Shown here piece after piece: positions 24,099 through 26,810 of a stretch of DNA of 26,810 bases. Made by a program: the position numbers and the translations under genes. The DNA is from a virus (Duplodnaviria > Caudoviricetes), in IMG/VR virus record IMGVR_UViG_3300042997_000098, positions 1 through 26,810 of that record; one strand, written 5' to 3'. Below the pieces are notes generated by a model. It worked only from the letters and a program-made list of their open reading frames with translations. It had not been told where the DNA came from and ran no database searches. Every line of letters starts with the position of its first letter. Position 1 is the first letter of the stretch.

Positions 24099-24371
24099 TT
24101 ACTTAAACTTTTTTAAAGCCTTTAAGTCTACTGCCATTTCCAAACGAGCCGTACTTGCTGCGTTGCTGCTATCACTTTTACGCACCATTTCATACAAGCT
24201 CCCTATCTTTTCGTCTTGCTTTTCGTTACGCTTTGCGTTGTCTATATACAAATAACTAATGCCGCAGATACATAAAAATAGCATACCAACAACAGGGTTT
24301 TTACTAAATTCCTTGAATGTAATAGGTAACGGGTTTGCCGATACGTTTACGCTTTTTGCTGCTTTTGCCAT
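24099..24371 (-). CDS. Single-TM protein (i-spanin- or holin-like)
   Basis: TM segment VVGMLFLCICGISYLYI followed by a helical domain. Confidence 0.55.
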   Translation of the reverse strand: MAKAAKSVNVSANPLPITFKEFSKNPVVGMLFLCICGISYLYIDNAKRNEKQDEKIGSLYEMVRKSDSSNAASTARLEMAVDLKALKKFK

Positions 24372-24372
24372 A

Positions 24373-24804
24373 TTATTTACGTCTCCAAAAGAATAAGATT
24401 AGCGTTATTATCAATATAAGGGCTATTAGAGCCTTATAGAACTCGCCAAAGGACTTATCCTTATTTTTAGTTATCTTCGAAATTTGGGTTGTTTCTGTGC
24501 GATTTAGAGCCATTGAGTCAGTCTTGGTCTGCTTACTATCCGTTTGCTTTTCTTTTGTGCCTCTTGTGTAGGTCTCGGTGTACTTAGGTACTGTTATCAT
24601 ACTATCCTTAGTAACCCACAAAGTATCGTAGTAAGTAATGGTCTTGGTAAAATACTCTTCCTTTTCTACTATTTTAGTAACGCTATCTAAAACGACTACA
24701 CGCACAGAATCAAATGTTTTGACTACTGTGCTATCTAAACGTTCCGATGCTTTCTTTACAGAAGCGCACGAAGTAAGTAATAAGGCTAAAAGTATTAATC
24801 TCAT
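24373..24804 (-). CDS. Unimolecular spanin-like lipoprotein
   Basis: Lipobox LLLTS|C, Thr/Val beta-rich middle, C-terminal TM ALIALILIITLILFFW and basic RRK tail. Confidence 0.7.
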   Translation of the reverse strand: MRLILLALLLTSCASVKKASERLDSTVVKTFDSVRVVVLDSVTKIVEKEEYFTKTITYYDTLWVTKDSMITVPKYTETYTRGTKEKQTDSKQTKTDSMALNRTETTQISKITKNKDKSFGEFYKALIALILIITLILFFWRRK

Positions 24805-24971
24805 TTTAGTTTCTTAGTCATTTTATAGTAATAGCGTATAGCCATACCGCCAGAAACAATAGCCACCAAACTTGCAATCAATGTGAATAGTGGTTGAATA
24901 CTTGTAATGCTAATTGTTGCACTTACTAATGATACCATTGTTGATTGGTCTGCTTGGTGGTTATTTTCCAT
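24801..24971 (-). CDS. Small membrane protein, holin-like (56 aa, not in ORF track)
   Basis: MENNHQADQSTMVSLVSATISITSIQPLFTLIASLVAIVSGGMAIRYYYKMTKKLK. It fills the gap exactly, with an ATGA overlap. Confidence 0.7.
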   Translation of the reverse strand: MENNHQADQSTMVSLVSATISITSIQPLFTLIASLVAIVSGGMAIRYYYKMTKKLK

Positions 24972-25358
24972 TTATAGTTCTTCTTCTTCTTGTTTGTTAA
25001 ATTCTATGCCGGTAGTCCAATCCTGTAAAAAAGTAAAGTCCTGCAACCCTTCTTGATTGACTACGTTAATTATTTGAAAATCAAATTCTTTATCATTTAA
25101 GGCTTCAATATCTTTTGTCAGCTTCTTAATGCCTTCCTTTGAGAATTTGTAATTTCCCTTCTCGTCTAATAATAAGCAGTCCTTATCATCGGTCTGAGCA
25201 TTGTCTAAACGCAAAATCTCAACTTCGGCTTGATAGTCCTCGTGATGTTTTTTAACTCGTTCATAAATTTTAACGAGCTTCTTTTGGGTCTTTGTTTCGC
25301 TGTTACCGATTACGGCATTAAGGTTTGCTACTAATTGGAGCAGTTGTTTGTTCTTCAT
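24972..25358 (-). CDS. Hypothetical helical protein (tail-fibre associated)
   Basis: 128 aa, charged and helical, downstream of the tail fibre. Confidence 0.65.
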   Translation of the reverse strand: MKNKQLLQLVANLNAVIGNSETKTQKKLVKIYERVKKHHEDYQAEVEILRLDNAQTDDKDCLLLDEKGNYKFSKEGIKKLTKDIEALNDKEFDFQIINVVNQEGLQDFTFLQDWTTGIEFNKQEEEEL

Positions 25359-25725
25359 TTTCGTTTGTTTTTGTTTGTAAAGATAATTGTGGATTGCTAA
25401 ACGGCAAAGGTAATGTTACAATTTTTGGATTGATTTGGTCTGCTATCTGGCTATCTAAGTTCTGCTCTAAGGCTTCTTTGTCAAGTCCTGCTTCTAGCCA
25501 ACCGCATACCATTTCATAGGTTACTTGTTCATAAGGTACGAAGTTTGCCGGGTCAGGAGCAGCTACGCTTAACGTTCCGTAAACATCTGCGTTGTAAGTT
25601 TTCTCTCCGTCTACTTGCTCGGCTTGGTATCTCCAATGTATTACGCAGATTACGTCTGTTAAACCTTCTGCATTTTTCGGGTATGATTCAAGTGCGCTAA
25701 TTACCCATTTGTAAGTTGTTGCCAT
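25318..25725 (-). CDS. Tail-fibre accessory protein
   Basis: The pattern TYKWVI...DVICVIHW...FVPYEQVT...GWL...PLPF commonly follows S74 fibres. Confidence 0.65.
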   Translation of the reverse strand: MATTYKWVISALESYPKNAEGLTDVICVIHWRYQAEQVDGEKTYNADVYGTLSVAAPDPANFVPYEQVTYEMVCGWLEAGLDKEALEQNLDSQIADQINPKIVTLPLPFSNPQLSLQTKTNENEEQTTAPISSKP

Positions 25726-25727
25726 TT

Positions 25728-26810
25728 TTATTTATTTTTTAATGTGTCTAATTGATTTTGTAAATCTTCAATCTTAGCCATTGCTTCTTGAAGTACTTTG
25801 ATTGTAGCGTGGTGCAAGTCAGCGGTATAAATAGATTTTAATGGAACTCCGTCTTTTGGAGTATCTCCCCACCCGTCTACGTCTACAAACTCAGGAGCAA
25901 CTTTTTCTAATTGTTGAGCAATTACGCCAATATTAAAGTCATCGTGTGTTTGGTCTTTGTATTTAAACTTAACCATTTCGATAGCTTTAAACTTATCCCA
26001 ATAAGAACCTAAAGGAGTAATGTCTTTTTTAGTTCTTATGTCTGATAGGTTTACATCATTTGCTTGATAGTTTGCTATACCGCCATTAGAACGAACTTCA
26101 AATCTTAAAGTAGTTCCACTATTATCTGTACAATATAAAAATGGATTACTTGTATTGTTTTTATTAGCAGCCGTATATTGTATAATTATACCATTTGGGC
26201 TTGTTGTACTTGCATTTGTTATAACGTGCGACCAATCAGCTATTGATGTAGTTTGACTTATTTGACCCCCACTTGTTATGCGCATAGCAGGATTGTAACT
26301 TTGTCCTGTTCTAAAAATCATATTATCACAAACAATGTCAAAGTCAAAAAACGCATTTGTAGACCTATTGTAAGTTTGTAAAAATGCCCCACCACTTACA
26401 GAACTATTGCCTTGCATTTCTATTCCTCCCGCACCTGAATTAGAAACAACAAATTTTGTACTTGGATTGTTAGTACCTATACCTACGTTACCGCTTGAAT
26501 TAATAAGCATTCTTTGAGAACCATTAACTCTAAAATCCATTTGAGTATTTCCTGCTAAATATATTCCTGCGTCATTTAAGTTCGTGTCATATATTGCAAC
26601 ACCTTGACTATCGCTATATAAAAAGCCTGACTTTCTACCACCTGCATTTGCCCATCTAATAGTTCCAACACTCCCGTCAGGTCCTCTTACATCTAACTTA
26701 TAGCTATCATTAGTATTACCCAAAGATAAATTACCTGAAGCGTTTAACGTCATTGCTTGGGTAAAGGATATAGCGTTACCTGCCGTTCCTGAAGGAGCTG
26801 AAAACCATCT
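25728..26810 (-). CDS. Tail fibre/spike with intramolecular chaperone (peptidase S74), 5' end outside window
   Basis: GNVGIGT repeats, cleavage motif SDIRTKKDI, GVIAQQL and a terminal coiled coil. The frame stays open to 26810 (RWFSAPSGTAGNAISFTQAMTL). Confidence 0.9.
   Translation of the reverse strand, partial: RWFSAPSGTAGNAISFTQAMTLNASGNLSLGNTNDSYKLDVRGPDGSVGTIRWANAGGRKSGFLYSDSQGVAIYDTNLNDAGIYLAGNTQMDFRVNGSQRMLINSSGNVGIGTNNPSTKFVVSNSGAGGIEMQGNSSVSGGAFLQTYNRSTNAFFDFDIVCDNMIFRTGQSYNPAMRITSGGQISQTTSIADWSHVITNASTTSPNGIIIQYTAANKNNTSNPFLYCTDNSGTTLRFEVRSNGGIANYQANDVNLSDIRTKKDITPLGSYWDKFKAIEMVKFKYKDQTHDDFNIGVIAQQLEKVAPEFVDVDGWGDTPKDGVPLKSIYTADLHHATIKVLQEAMAKIEDLQNQLDTLKNK

Noticed and set aside
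432-25519. All plus-strand ORFs in the track (e.g. 432..701, 13509..13865, 19642..19941)
   Set aside because: They are short, lie antisense to well-supported minus-strand genes, have no recognisable motifs and mostly use non-ATG starts. They are shadow ORFs.
1-26810. Prophage, integrase, tRNA or alternative genetic code
   Set aside because: No integrase, repressor switch, host genes or tRNA cloverleaf were seen. Standard-code ORFs tile the minus strand densely, with TAA, TAG and TGA all acting as stops.

Overview
This window is a 26.8 kb segment of a tailed dsDNA phage genome (Caudoviricetes, probably siphovirus-like). The host is most likely a Bacteroidota species, inferred from TAnnTTTG promoter boxes and A-rich leaders without Shine-Dalgarno sequences. 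All credible genes are on the minus strand and tightly packed. In transcription order (high to low coordinates) they are: an S74-chaperone tail fibre and accessory genes; a seven-gene lysis cassette; an exonuclease, a MazG-like protein and a GNAT; a repeat-rich intergenic junction; an early/replication module (ERF, HTH, SSB-like, DnaA domain IV, initiator, loader, C5-MTase, VRR-NUC); a sigma-like factor; a PAPS-reductase-like/acyltransferase/two-glycosyltransferase cluster; HNH; ParB-MTase; terS/terL; a second early-type small-gene island; a frameshifting chaperone-like gene; tail genes and tape measure; XkdF protease; and the start of a scaffold-like gene. The most notable observations are: (1) a two-hairpin leader with complementary loops and a terminator-like U-tract directly before the replication initiator; (2) an exactly repeated bipartite promoter-like motif that may be read by the phage sigma factor; (3) the glyco/acyl/PP-loop modification cluster; (4) a -1 frameshift site; (5) a nested two-frame C5-MTase; (6) a multi-spanin lysis set; and (7) apparent total GATC avoidance. 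All calls come from reading motifs by eye, with no database searches.
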